A stretch of DNA of 64,000 nt from Dehalococcoidia bacterium (GTDB taxonomy: Bacteria > Chloroflexota > Dehalococcoidia > UBA2979), in the NCBI GenBank assembly GCA_022451865.1, contig JAKUNM010000001.1, forward strand, positions 4,733-68,732. Direction: 5' to 3'. The position numbers and the translations under genes were made by a program. Under the pieces are notes generated by a model. That model saw only the letters and a list, made by a program, of their open reading frames with translations. It was not told the origin of the DNA and searched no databases. Shown piece after piece: positions 9,653-20,346 of the stretch; the stretch's first letter is position 1, and each line of letters starts with the position of its first letter.

Positions 9653-9961
9653 GTGGAATATTTTATCCCAATAGCAATTGTTGCTTTGTTTTATTTTATA
9701 TTACTTAGGCCTATTTTGCGTGCACAGAAAAAACATAAAGAAAATGTAGCAGAGTTAAAGGTGGGTGATGAAGTATTAACATCTGGTGGTTTTTATGCTG
9801 TAGTGAAAAGTATTCAAACTCAAGATACTGGGCCATCGTCAATAATTTTTGAACTTGCTAGTGGAATCGAAGTGGAAGGCACTGCAATTGCAATCGATAC
9901 CGTTAATCCAAGAGGATCTACATTACAACCTCTGAATAAAGTAGATGGACCAGAGGCTTAA
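9653..9961 (+). CDS. yajC: Preprotein translocase subunit YajC
   Basis: GTG start. Single TM then ILLRPILRAQKKHKE...LKVGDEVLTSGGFYAVV (YajC pattern). Lies immediately upstream of secD. Confidence 0.8.
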   Translation: MEYFIPIAIVALFYFILLRPILRAQKKHKENVAELKVGDEVLTSGGFYAVVKSIQTQDTGPSSIIFELASGIEVEGTAIAIDTVNPRGSTLQPLNKVDGPEA

Positions 9962-11386
9962 ATGAATTTTCGTAATCTGTTTTCCCTTATTTTAGTCATT
10001 TTTCTGACAATAGGTGGAATATTAGTTGTCTGGCCTGAAAACCCTGAAGACTTATTTGGAGATCGATTATCTTTGCCTGGTGGTCAAGGGGTTTCCTTTT
10101 TTGGATTTGAAAGAGAAGGAATGCGACTTGGACTTGATCTGCAAGGTGGCACGCGATTGTTGCTGTTGGCTCAACCGCCTGATGACTTTGATGGTAATCT
10201 CGATGATGCACTTGAAGGAACCTTAAGAATTCTACGTAAACGTGTAGATGCTACAGGTATTGCCGAAGCTGAGATTACTCAACAAGGTGTTAATAATATC
10301 TCTATTCAATTACCAGGCTTAACGCCACAGCAAGCTCGTGATTTATTAGGAAGAACTGCAATGTTACGTTTCTGTGAGCCTGCGAATGAAGATATTGCCA
10401 TATTAGGATCATGTGATGCTAGTAATGATTGGCAACCTGCTAATGGAATTGTGGATGGGAGATCTGTTGTTCTAACAGGAAGATTTTTAAAGTCAAATGC
10501 CTTTGTGAGTACAGATCAACTTGGTAATCCTGCTGTCAGCTTTGAATTGCAAGAGTCAGGCCCAGAAATATTCGAGCAAATCACTACACGTCAATTAGGT
10601 AAACCGATAGCTATTTTTTTGGATGATGAATTGTTGTCGGCTCCAACAGTTAATTCGGTAATTCGCGGGCAAGGGCAAATTAGCGGTCTATCTTTTGAGC
10701 GTGCACGTGAATTAGTAATCCAATTAAATTCAGGTGCTCTTCCCTTGGAGTTAAGTGTTTTACAGGAACAAAGTGTTAATGCAACTCTTGGTGAAGAATC
10801 TGTTCGAAAGTCTGTCGTTGCTGGCATAATTGGATTATTAATCGTCGCATTATTTATGGTTTTGTATTACCGATTACTGGGTTTAATGGCTGCATTTGCA
10901 TTAGCGATTTATGCAATTTTGACTCTTGCGGTATTTAAGTTAATCCCAATTACTATTACTTTAGCTGGTGTTGGTGCTTTTGTTTTATCTGTTGGTATGG
11001 CGGTTGATGCAAATATTTTAATATTTGAAAGAATGAAAGAAGAACTAAGGTCTGGTCGTGCGTATGTTCCATCTTTGCGTTCATCTTATCAACGTGCATG
11101 GCCTGCAATTCGAGATTCGAATGTCACTACGTTAATTACTTGTGCGATTTTGTTCATGCTAGGTGGTGGTATTGAATTACCTATATTAGGTACTTTTGAT
11201 GCACCGTTGGTCCAAGGTTTTGCAATTACACTAGCCATTGGTGTCTTAATCTCTATGTTTACTGCACTTACGATTACACGAATTATGATGCAGTCAGTAA
11301 TTGGGACCCCAATTGTTTCAAAAATTGAGCTATTTTTACCATTAATCAACTCAGATGAAACCATTGATCCGAATAAGAGGCAGTAG
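9962..11386 (+). CDS. secD: Protein translocase subunit SecD
   Basis: LGLDLQGGTRLLL SecD motif, large periplasmic domain and a C-terminal 6-TM bundle. Start is adjacent to the yajC stop. Confidence 0.9.
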   Translation: MNFRNLFSLILVIFLTIGGILVVWPENPEDLFGDRLSLPGGQGVSFFGFEREGMRLGLDLQGGTRLLLLAQPPDDFDGNLDDALEGTLRILRKRVDATGIAEAEITQQGVNNISIQLPGLTPQQARDLLGRTAMLRFCEPANEDIAILGSCDASNDWQPANGIVDGRSVVLTGRFLKSNAFVSTDQLGNPAVSFELQESGPEIFEQITTRQLGKPIAIFLDDELLSAPTVNSVIRGQGQISGLSFERARELVIQLNSGALPLELSVLQEQSVNATLGEESVRKSVVAGIIGLLIVALFMVLYYRLLGLMAAFALAIYAILTLAVFKLIPITITLAGVGAFVLSVGMAVDANILIFERMKEELRSGRAYVPSLRSSYQRAWPAIRDSNVTTLITCAILFMLGGGIELPILGTFDAPLVQGFAITLAIGVLISMFTALTITRIMMQSVIGTPIVSKIELFLPLINSDETIDPNKRQ

Positions 11387-12657
11387 TGAGTATTAATCTA
11401 GTATCAATTCGAAAATGGTTTTTCTTTATTAGTGGCATAATCATGCTGGGCTCACTGATTTTACTTGCTATTCCTCCTGCATTAGTTCCAGGAATTGAAT
11501 TTACTTCAGGGACTACTGCTTTATATAGATTTTCTGAAGATTCAGCAGATGAAGATGGGATAAGATTGGTTTATGAGTCACTTAATCATCCCGAAGTACG
11601 TGTTCAACATGCAGGGAATGACGATTTTCTCATCCGCATAGGTGATCTAGGAGAATCTGAAGAGAACCTTCAGGAAGTTACTCCTGCAATCGAAAACCTT
11701 AGAGATATTGCAGGACCTGTTCAAGATTTACCTATTGCAACTTTAAATGTAAAAGATACAGGATTAGATACGGTTGCTATTCGTTCAGCCTATAAAGGTG
11801 ATCCATGTACATTTGGTAATATTTCATTTAATGCACCTCCTGGGACAGAACTTTTTGTCTATAAAGATCTTTCACATTGTGATCAAGGGATTATATACGA
11901 GGTAACATTTGGTGATTCTATTGGGTACATAAATAGAGATAGTATCGAAAATTATTTACCTATAATTACAACTCGTGTATTAGATGAAAATGCTAGTGAA
12001 AGGGAAAAAATAGAATTTGCTCTCGCAAATCAGTTTGGTGAGTTTGAAACTTTAGAATTTGCCTCGGTATCACCGCTGGTTTCCCGTGTTGCCGTCCGTA
12101 ATGCCACAATAGCTGTTATCGTAGCAACTCTTTTTATTTTGGGTTATGTTGCTTTTGCATTCTCATCAGTTCCCAAACCTTTTCGCTATGGTGCATGTGC
12201 AATTTTTGCACTTATTCATGATGTAGTAATTGTTTTAGGTGCATTTTCATTGTTTGGAAAGTTATTTAATTTAGAAATTAACTTGATGTTTGTTACTGCA
12301 TTACTTACTGTCGTCGGGTTCTCTGTACACGACTCTATTGTTGTATTTGATCGCATTCGAGAGAATGTCCGTTTATCTCCTAGTGCTCCTTTTGCGGAAA
12401 ATGTCAATGCTGCATTAATCCAAACACTTTCTCGATCACTTAACACCTCTATTACGTTGTTAGTTACGGTCACTGCAATGCTTCTCTTGGGTGGTGATAG
12501 TATTCAATCTTTCTTATTGACTATATTTATCGGTCTTATTGTCGGAACTTATTCCTCCATCGCAATTGCAGCACAGTTATTAGTCGCTTGGGAAAACGGT
12601 GAGTTTGCCAGAATTAAAGATCGAATAAAAATCAACAAAGGCTCAGAATCAATCTGA
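11386..12657 (+). CDS. secF: Protein translocase subunit SecF (long form)
   Basis: Overlaps the secD stop. N-terminal TM then IEFTSGT (SecF FTGGT-like) and C-terminal TM helices. At 423 aa it is ~100 aa longer than usual because of an enlarged periplasmic domain. Confidence 0.85.
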   Translation: MSINLVSIRKWFFFISGIIMLGSLILLAIPPALVPGIEFTSGTTALYRFSEDSADEDGIRLVYESLNHPEVRVQHAGNDDFLIRIGDLGESEENLQEVTPAIENLRDIAGPVQDLPIATLNVKDTGLDTVAIRSAYKGDPCTFGNISFNAPPGTELFVYKDLSHCDQGIIYEVTFGDSIGYINRDSIENYLPIITTRVLDENASEREKIEFALANQFGEFETLEFASVSPLVSRVAVRNATIAVIVATLFILGYVAFAFSSVPKPFRYGACAIFALIHDVVIVLGAFSLFGKLFNLEINLMFVTALLTVVGFSVHDSIVVFDRIRENVRLSPSAPFAENVNAALIQTLSRSLNTSITLLVTVTAMLLLGGDSIQSFLLTIFIGLIVGTYSSIAIAAQLLVAWENGEFARIKDRIKINKGSESI

Positions 12658-12665
12658 TAAAATTG

Positions 12666-14510
12666 TCATATAAGTGTTCTCACGTCTCCATTGCGTTTTG
12701 TGATTTTTCTTTTGTCCAATTCTTCTAATATGGACTGTGCAATGCGTCGATTAGTATCAAGGTGATCTCTTGCTTCAGCTAAAGTAATACTAAAATTTGC
12801 TTTACAGTAAGTTGTAATTTGATTTGTAACTTCTGCAAATTGAGCCGCACTTAGAATTAATCCATTTCCACAATTAATTACTTGGCCTGTCGCGTTCAAA
12901 TATCCAAGTAATTCATCATCTATATTGAGTTTGATTACATGGAGTCCATTTATTTCCAACTCTTTTTTCAAGAGATCAAATTCTTTTGTATTCTTTTCAC
13001 TTAATTTTGGATTCCAGTTTTTGATTTTTAATCCTGTGCCGTGGAGCTTAATAGAAGGTGGAAGAGAATTAATAAAAGCTGAAAATTCAAATTGGCTCCA
13101 CCCTATATGATTCCGTACTTCCTCACGTGGCATTGTCACACGGAGGGGGAAATCTTTTTGATATTGCTCTAGCAAAGCTATAACTTTTCTTTGAATATTC
13201 ATTGAATTATCTGAAGTCATATAGAAAATTTTAGTATCTGATTCACATTTTATAATTCTTTTTTCAGACAGTAAGTTTCTTATAGCTTTTTCAGCTTCTG
13301 TATTGGAATTATCTGTGTTTAAAATTAGCTCACCATGTTCAATAATTTGCTGATTATCAATAATCTTAAAAATTTGGTTTTCAGGTGTATATGCTGCAAG
13401 AGAATCTAAATTATTTAGGATTACGTGATCATTTCGTCGATATCGTGGGGGATTGATATTAATGATTCTCCCTCCTCCGATTGTTTCATCAGAAATACGA
13501 ATTATTGAGATATCATTAGGCAGGCACGATATCTCATTTTTTAACAGGATTTGTGCCCATCCTGTGGAATTTGCTTCAATTGCTGATCCATTAAGTACTC
13601 GAACTGTCCCTTGAACTTCTGTTGCGCCAGTATGCACCGTAACTTTTAAGTTATGTGGTATATCTCTACGTGTTAGTGAGCGCAATTGAATATCGAATGC
13701 TTTTACTTTAGGTAATTGCCCTACGTGCCCAAGTACCAGACCTCTTGATAATTCATTGTTGTTTACGCCAGTTAGATTCACAGCTACACGTGTTCCTGGG
13801 TAGGCAATTTCAGCATTTTTTTGGTGAGATTGTAGGCCTCTGACTCTTCCAACAGCTCTTGAAGGTACTGCTTCCAACATATCCCCGATATGAATTGTTC
13901 CGCCCAAAAGTGTTCCAGTAACAACAGTTCCAAACCCATCAATTGTGAACACCCTATCAATGCCCAACCGTGGTCTATTAATATCGGCAGGTAAAGGAGC
14001 ATCTGTCAATTTTTCATCTATTGCACTAACTAACTCGCTCATGCCTTCCTTTGTTAAAGATGAAACTTTTAAGATTGGGCTGTTTTCAATACTGGTATTT
14101 TTTAATTCTTGAACGATCTCTTCTTCTATCAATTGAATCCATTCAGTATCAACTAGATCACATTTTGAAAGAACGATTATTGCATTATTTATCTCAAGCA
14201 AATCAAGAATTTCTAAATGTTCAATCGTTTGAGGCATTATTCCTTCGTCTGCTGCTATGACTAGCATTGCTAAATCAATACCACCTATTCCAGCCAACAT
14301 ATGTCGCATAAATTTGACATGACCTGGAACATCTACAATTGAAATTTCTTCGCCGGAAGGAAGAGTCATCCAAGCAAATCCTAGTTCAATAGTCAATCCT
14401 CGAATTTGTTCAGATTCCAATCGGTCAGGATTGATACCGGTCAGCGATTGAACTAGAGAAGATTTTCCATGGTCGACATGACCTGCTGTCCCAATTACGT
14501 ACATAATCAA
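12666..14510 (-). CDS. selB: Selenocysteine-specific elongation factor SelB
   Basis: GTPase G1 GTAGHVDHGKSSL, DVPGH motif, and a long C-terminal winged-helix extension (614 aa) typical of SelB rather than EF-Tu. Confidence 0.85.
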   Translation of the reverse strand: MIMYVIGTAGHVDHGKSSLVQSLTGINPDRLESEQIRGLTIELGFAWMTLPSGEEISIVDVPGHVKFMRHMLAGIGGIDLAMLVIAADEGIMPQTIEHLEILDLLEINNAIIVLSKCDLVDTEWIQLIEEEIVQELKNTSIENSPILKVSSLTKEGMSELVSAIDEKLTDAPLPADINRPRLGIDRVFTIDGFGTVVTGTLLGGTIHIGDMLEAVPSRAVGRVRGLQSHQKNAEIAYPGTRVAVNLTGVNNNELSRGLVLGHVGQLPKVKAFDIQLRSLTRRDIPHNLKVTVHTGATEVQGTVRVLNGSAIEANSTGWAQILLKNEISCLPNDISIIRISDETIGGGRIININPPRYRRNDHVILNNLDSLAAYTPENQIFKIIDNQQIIEHGELILNTDNSNTEAEKAIRNLLSEKRIIKCESDTKIFYMTSDNSMNIQRKVIALLEQYQKDFPLRVTMPREEVRNHIGWSQFEFSAFINSLPPSIKLHGTGLKIKNWNPKLSEKNTKEFDLLKKELEINGLHVIKLNIDDELLGYLNATGQVINCGNGLILSAAQFAEVTNQITTYCKANFSITLAEARDHLDTNRRIAQSILEELDKRKITKRNGDVRTLI

Positions 14511-15754
14511 TCTCCAAGTTTATTTAGCAAATCACTTTCATTGTCTGGGAGAAGATCTACGAATAGTTCGTTGGCTAATAATAGTCCTTTAGAAGAGAGT
14601 CTAAGAGATGTTTCAGTTTTTTCTAAAAGTCCAGTTTTGAGATGCTTTGATATTGCTTCTGCATAAAGTTGACTTATATCCACATTAAACCTTTTCTTAT
14701 AGTCATCAAAATTAATTCCTTCAATTAATCTCAAACCTAATATTGCTGTATCCGATTGTGTGGTAGCAAGGTCAGGAGTTTCATTACTTGTGATTTGTTT
14801 CATCACAATATGCTTTTTATTCTCCCATTCTGTATATGAAGTATTTACTAATTCTATATACCTATTTGGCGCATCAATATTTGCAAATCTTTTCCCATTA
14901 AAATATGAGTGAGCTCCTGCTCCAATGCCGAGATAATCTTTGTTACGCCAATATATTAAGTTGTGTATACATTGGTAATTTTTTTTAGCCCAATTTGATA
15001 TTTCATATTGGATATATTCTGCATCATCTAAACGTTTTCGAGTCCATTCATATTGTTCAGCAGCGATATCTGGATTGGGTTCAGGTAATACCCCTTTTTC
15101 TACACGATAATAAAGTGGTGTACCTGGTTCGATTGTTAATGCATAACAAGAAAGGTGTTCGGGATGATATTCTAATATTTCATCTACGGTTTCTTTCCAG
15201 GGGAGCAAATTCTGACTTATTAGTCCGTAAATTAAATCTAAATTTAGATTATCGAAACCAGCTTTTCGTGCAGCATTTATGACATTGATTACTTGTTCAG
15301 GGCTATGTGATCGCTCTAACAACTGAAGTTCTTTTGGATTCATGGATTGGACGCCCATTGAAAGGCGGTTAATGCCCAATTCACGTATTTTATGAAGATG
15401 TTCTTCTGTAAGTTCGGTAGGATTAGCTTCCAAGGTAAATTCAACATCAGAACTTACATTAAATGTTTCAAATATTGTTGCGATAATGTGATTTAAATCT
15501 GTAATTGAAGTTAAACTAGGGGTACCTCCTCCGAAAAATATGGACTTAACAGTGTGGTTACTAAGTCTTTTCTTCCACAATTTAATTTCTTTTATTAGTG
15601 AACTTGTATAATCAGGAACAAGGTAGTCAAGATTAGCGTAAGCATTAAAATCACAATAACCACATTTTGTTGTGCAAAAAGGAATATGTAAGTAAATACC
15701 TACAGGTAGAAGTTCGTTGGTACTATATTTTTGCTTGGATATTGTCTTTTCCAT
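14507..15754 (-). CDS. hemW: Radical SAM family heme chaperone HemW (HemN-like)
   Basis: Radical-SAM CxxxCxxC (HIPFCTTKCGYCDFNA) and a HemN C-terminal domain. Confidence 0.85.
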   Translation of the reverse strand: MEKTISKQKYSTNELLPVGIYLHIPFCTTKCGYCDFNAYANLDYLVPDYTSSLIKEIKLWKKRLSNHTVKSIFFGGGTPSLTSITDLNHIIATIFETFNVSSDVEFTLEANPTELTEEHLHKIRELGINRLSMGVQSMNPKELQLLERSHSPEQVINVINAARKAGFDNLNLDLIYGLISQNLLPWKETVDEILEYHPEHLSCYALTIEPGTPLYYRVEKGVLPEPNPDIAAEQYEWTRKRLDDAEYIQYEISNWAKKNYQCIHNLIYWRNKDYLGIGAGAHSYFNGKRFANIDAPNRYIELVNTSYTEWENKKHIVMKQITSNETPDLATTQSDTAILGLRLIEGINFDDYKKRFNVDISQLYAEAISKHLKTGLLEKTETSLRLSSKGLLLANELFVDLLPDNESDLLNKLGD

Positions 15755-15820
15755 ATGTTTAGCCTAGCAGTAGCTTTACGTCCGTGCGAAAATCGTATGT
15801 GAATAATATAAGGTGGAGAT

Positions 15821-17650
15821 GTGCTAAAAAGTCATGGTTGTGGTGAGATTCGTCTTTCACATGTAGGCCAAAAAGTTCAGTTAGCTGGATGGGTACATAG
15901 GCGGAGGGATCATGGAGGAGTAATTTTCATTGATCTCCGTGATGCTTCTGGGCGTGTTCAGGTAGTTATAAGATCTGAATCCATTCCTGATGCAACTAAA
16001 TCGATTGCTAATATTCGGGATGAATATGTACTCATGGTTATTGGTGAAGTACATGAACGATTAGAAGGTTCACGTAATGATGATTTGCCTACTGGTGATA
16101 TCGAGATAAAAGTTGAAGAAGTCGAAGTATTGAATTCTTCAAAAACGCCTCCATTTCCAATTAATCAAGATATTACAATCACTGAATCAACAAGATTGCA
16201 TTATCGTTATCTTGATTTACGACGTGATCGTATGACTTCTAATATGCGGTTGCGACATAAAATTATTAAGCATATTCGTGACTTCCTAGATGAACGAGAT
16301 TTTATAGAAATTGAGACTCCTGTATTGGGATTGGCTACTCCTGAAGGTGCTCGTGATTATTTAGTTCCATCAAGAATACATCCCAGTAGTTTTTATGCAC
16401 TACCTCAATCACCGCAACAGTGGAAACAATTGCTAATGGTTTCTGGATTTGAAAGATATTTTCAAATTGTGAAATGCTATCGTGATGAAGATCTACGTGC
16501 AGATCGGCAACCTGAATTCACCCAACTGGATCTTGAGATGTCATTTGTTAATGAATCTGATGTGATGCAGTTGAATGAAGAACTAATTATTAGCTTATTG
16601 GAGAAATATGCCTTTGGTTATGAATGGAATACATCTTTTCCACAAATGACATACGCAACTGCTATGGAAAAATATGGAACAGATAGACCAGACCTTCGAT
16701 ATGGTTTGGAGATCAATGATTATAGTGATGTTTTTCGTAATTCAGAGTTTAAAGTTTTTTCATCCGCAATAGGAAATGGTGCTCGTATACGAGGGATTGT
16801 CGTCCCTGGAGGTGCCACGCTTGCTAGAAAAAGTTTGGATTCTTTTATTGATATTGCTCGTCAAGCAGGAGCGGCAGGTTTAGTTTGGATACAAATTAAC
16901 GGTTCAGGATCCGTGGATGATATTTCGATCGATGATATTAAGTCTCCTGCAGCTAAATTTTTATCACTAGAAGAAATCATTCAATTAGCAAATATTGCTA
17001 ATGCTGTGCGGGGTGATCTCATTATTCTAGCTGCTGATATGGATCTAATTACATCAAGGGCTTTAGACGCAGTGAGAAGAGATGCTGCATCTAAACTTGA
17101 ACTAATTAACTCTAATCGATTAGATTTTGTTTGGATTACTGAATTTCCATTGTTTGAATGGGATGAGGGTGAATCTCGTTGGTCGGCGACGCATCATTTA
17201 TTTACAGCACCTATTGATGAGGATAAAAAATATTTGGATTCTGATCCTTCGCAAGTACGCTCGCGAGCTTACGATGTGGTTTGTAATGGCCAAGAAATAG
17301 GCGGTGGTTCGGTTAGAATTCATAGTCGCGATGATCAATTACAAATACTACATTTATTGGGTATATCTACAGAAGATGCACAGGAGAAATTTGGACATAT
17401 GCTAGATGCATTTGAATTTGGTGCTCCTCCACATGGAGGAATTGCATGGGGTATGGACAGGACAGTCGCACTAATTGCCGGTGAGCAAGATATACGTGAA
17501 GTAATTGCATTTCCCAAAACTAAATCAGCAGTAGATCTTGTTACAGGTGCTCCAGCAATGGTCAGTGAAGATCAACTCAGTGATGTACATATTTCTGTCA
17601 AACCGACAGATGAAGTGAATTCTTCTAGGGATATTTCGGAGGAGATCTGA
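15821..17650 (+). CDS. aspS: Aspartate--tRNA ligase (bacterial type, probably non-discriminating given gatB is present)
   Basis: GTG start with RBS AAGGTGGAG. N-terminal OB fold (GEIRLSHVGQKVQLAGWVHRRRDHGGVIFIDLRD), class-II motif 2 CYRDED...R..EFTQLD, GAPPHGGIAWGMDR. Confidence 0.9.
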   Translation: MLKSHGCGEIRLSHVGQKVQLAGWVHRRRDHGGVIFIDLRDASGRVQVVIRSESIPDATKSIANIRDEYVLMVIGEVHERLEGSRNDDLPTGDIEIKVEEVEVLNSSKTPPFPINQDITITESTRLHYRYLDLRRDRMTSNMRLRHKIIKHIRDFLDERDFIEIETPVLGLATPEGARDYLVPSRIHPSSFYALPQSPQQWKQLLMVSGFERYFQIVKCYRDEDLRADRQPEFTQLDLEMSFVNESDVMQLNEELIISLLEKYAFGYEWNTSFPQMTYATAMEKYGTDRPDLRYGLEINDYSDVFRNSEFKVFSSAIGNGARIRGIVVPGGATLARKSLDSFIDIARQAGAAGLVWIQINGSGSVDDISIDDIKSPAAKFLSLEEIIQLANIANAVRGDLIILAADMDLITSRALDAVRRDAASKLELINSNRLDFVWITEFPLFEWDEGESRWSATHHLFTAPIDEDKKYLDSDPSQVRSRAYDVVCNGQEIGGGSVRIHSRDDQLQILHLLGISTEDAQEKFGHMLDAFEFGAPPHGGIAWGMDRTVALIAGEQDIREVIAFPKTKSAVDLVTGAPAMVSEDQLSDVHISVKPTDEVNSSRDISEEI

Positions 17651-19332
17651 TGTTTAAAAGGAATAAATTACTTTCAATTTTAATTATTTTTGTAGCTATT
17701 TTAGTTGTTATTGTTGGAGGATTATCTGCATCGCTTTTACTCTCTGGTGAGTCTGAAGTATCTGTTAATACGGGTATTACAACTTCTATACAAGCTGAGA
17801 CTGACAATAATTTAAGTGTTGGTCGATTACGATTAAGTGGCTCTGATCCAGTAACACTCGATCCACATTTAGCTACTGATGCTGGTTCTGCAGAGTATAT
17901 TGTAGAGATTTATTCAGGACTTGTTACTATTTCCCCAGATCTTGAACTCACATTGGATTTGGCTAGCTCTGTTGATATCAGTGATGATGGAATAACTTAT
18001 ACATTTGAATTACGTGACGACATTTTTTTTCATTCAGGGAAGCGTGTTACTGCTGAGGACGTTGTCTGGTCAATAAAAAGAGCACTTTCGCGCGAATTAC
18101 AATCTACAGTTTCGTTGGCATACCTAGGTGACATTTTAGGTGCACGTGAATATTTTTTCGGGCTTGCTGAAGATATTACTGGCTTGGAATTGATAGATGA
18201 TAAGACTATCCAATTTACACTTGATTCTCCAAAGCCATTTTTTCTAGCAAAGCTTACGTACCCTTGCGCTTTTGTGGTTGACGGACAACAAATAGAAGTG
18301 AATGAGCGTAATTGGACTCGAAAACCGAATGGAACGGGTCCTTATAAATTAAAAGAATGGAGATTAAGTGAGCAAATTACTCTTTATGCACACGATCGAT
18401 ATCACTTAGGAATACCTCCTTTAAAGGAAGTCGTATACTTATTGTCTGGCGGCTCTGCTTTGACTCGTTTTGAAAATGATGAATTAGACGTTGCCTTTAT
18501 TTCAATTAATGATGTTGAACGTGCTCGTGATGTAACCAGCGATCTTAATCCTTTGTATAGCGTATGGCCTCAATTTACGATTTCTTATTTTGCATTCAAT
18601 ATAGAGAAACCACCATTTGATGATGTTCATATTAGAAGAGCACTTGGACTATCTATTGATAGGCAAAAAATTGCTGAAGTAACATTTAGTGACATGGTTG
18701 CACCAGCTACAGGGATACTGGCTCCGGGGCTTCCAGGGTATACAGATGTTGATAAAACACTACCTTTTAATCCAGATCGCGCACGCGAAGAATTGTTAGC
18801 ATCAAAATATCGAGTCGAGAATGGGCAATTGATTACATCGCAAGGTGAGGTTGTTCCTATTGTAATAACTGAAGTGGGAGGTGGTGCTGAGGCACGAATT
18901 GATACACAAGCCTTTTTGGATCAGTGGAGTACTGAGCTTGGTGTTAACGTTGAAATTCGACAAACTGATTTTGCTACATATTTGGCTGAATCTGATGCAA
19001 AAAAACTTCAAATGTTTAATGGGGGCTGGATAATGGATTACCCTGACCCAGAGAACATTTTAGATTTGAAATTTCATTCTCAATCAGGATTAAATGATCT
19101 GGGCTATCAGAATACTGCTGTGGATGAGTTACTTGAATTGGCTCGTTCAGAGCTTAACTCAGATCAGAGGATTACTCTTTATAGGGATGCAGAAAAATTA
19201 ATTCTTGAAGATGCTGCATGGCTCCCTCTATATTTTTCTCAAAATCATGTGGTAGTTAATGCTGATGTTAACGGATGGTTTGAACCTCCTATGGTTGTTC
19301 CACGTTTGCGATTTATTGAAGTAAATCGATAA
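17650..19332 (+). CDS. ABC transporter substrate-binding protein, family 5 (peptide/nickel; OppA/DppA-like)
   Basis: N-terminal signal/anchor followed by a family-5 SBP fold. Start ATG overlaps the aspS stop (TGATG). Followed by two DppBC-like permeases. Confidence 0.75.
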   Translation: MFKRNKLLSILIIFVAILVVIVGGLSASLLLSGESEVSVNTGITTSIQAETDNNLSVGRLRLSGSDPVTLDPHLATDAGSAEYIVEIYSGLVTISPDLELTLDLASSVDISDDGITYTFELRDDIFFHSGKRVTAEDVVWSIKRALSRELQSTVSLAYLGDILGAREYFFGLAEDITGLELIDDKTIQFTLDSPKPFFLAKLTYPCAFVVDGQQIEVNERNWTRKPNGTGPYKLKEWRLSEQITLYAHDRYHLGIPPLKEVVYLLSGGSALTRFENDELDVAFISINDVERARDVTSDLNPLYSVWPQFTISYFAFNIEKPPFDDVHIRRALGLSIDRQKIAEVTFSDMVAPATGILAPGLPGYTDVDKTLPFNPDRAREELLASKYRVENGQLITSQGEVVPIVITEVGGGAEARIDTQAFLDQWSTELGVNVEIRQTDFATYLAESDAKKLQMFNGGWIMDYPDPENILDLKFHSQSGLNDLGYQNTAVDELLELARSELNSDQRITLYRDAEKLILEDAAWLPLYFSQNHVVVNADVNGWFEPPMVVPRLRFIEVNR

Positions 19333-19365
19333 TCTTCACAGTACTTTATTTAGACTGGAGATACG

Positions 19366-20346
19366 ATGGCAGGATATGTAATTAGGAGGCTTCTGTGGCT
19401 TCCACTTATATTGTTAATTGTTTCCTTTTTTACTTTTGGCATTGCCAGATTCGGCCCGGGAGATCCCGTTAGTGTAGCTGCAGGGCAAATTCGTGATGAA
19501 GCAATACTTCAACAAATTAGAGAAGATAGAGGTTTAGATGGTTCGATTTTTGAACAATATCTACGTTGGGGACAAGGTGCGATTCGAGGAGATTTCGGAG
19601 AATCTTTGCAGCAACGTGGATTTACAGTCAGCGAAGTTATATTTCCTAGAATGTGGGTATCAGCACAATTAGGTTTTATTGCATTAATTTTGGTATTTGG
19701 TTTGGGTATTATATTTGGATTGATAGCTGCATGGGCTAATGGTAGTTGGATTGATCCTTTAATTATCAGTATATTATTATTTTTACAGGCTATTCCGATC
19801 TTAGTAGTAATTCCCCCTCTTTTATGGCTGTTTGCAGTTCAATTAAACATACTTCCAGTGGGTGGATGGGATGGTTTGATCGATATCTGGTGGATCAAAG
19901 GGGTCATTGCTGTTCCTATTCCCGATCCACATTTATATATACCTTTGGTTGCATTTTCTTTGCCAGGCATTGCTGGTGTTGCACGGCTAATGAGAATATC
20001 TGCACTTGAAGTTCAAAATGAAGATTATATTCGCACAGCTCGTTCTAAAGGATTAAGTGAGCCTGATATTGCAATTAAACATGTACTTCCAAATTCATTG
20101 CTTCCGATTGTGACAGTATTTGGTTTTGCGTTAGCAAGTATTATTGAAGGTGCTTTTTTTGTAGAAACTTTGTTAGGAATTCCAGGGATAGGTCGTTTTG
20201 TTTTCGAGGCAGTTGGGAGTAGAGATTATGATGTCATATTGGCCACTACGGTAATTTTTTCGACAGTATTTGTTGTAATGAATCTAATAGTTGAATTGAT
20301 TTATGGTTTTATTGATCCCAGAGTTCGATTGGGAGACACAAGATAA
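19366..20346 (+). CDS. ABC transporter permease (DppB/OppB-like)
   Basis: MAGYVIRRLLWLPLILLIVSFFTFGIARFGPGDPV is the typical OppB N-terminus. EAA-region IRTARSKGLSE. Confidence 0.85.
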   Translation: MAGYVIRRLLWLPLILLIVSFFTFGIARFGPGDPVSVAAGQIRDEAILQQIREDRGLDGSIFEQYLRWGQGAIRGDFGESLQQRGFTVSEVIFPRMWVSAQLGFIALILVFGLGIIFGLIAAWANGSWIDPLIISILLFLQAIPILVVIPPLLWLFAVQLNILPVGGWDGLIDIWWIKGVIAVPIPDPHLYIPLVAFSLPGIAGVARLMRISALEVQNEDYIRTARSKGLSEPDIAIKHVLPNSLLPIVTVFGFALASIIEGAFFVETLLGIPGIGRFVFEAVGSRDYDVILATTVIFSTVFVVMNLIVELIYGFIDPRVRLGDTR

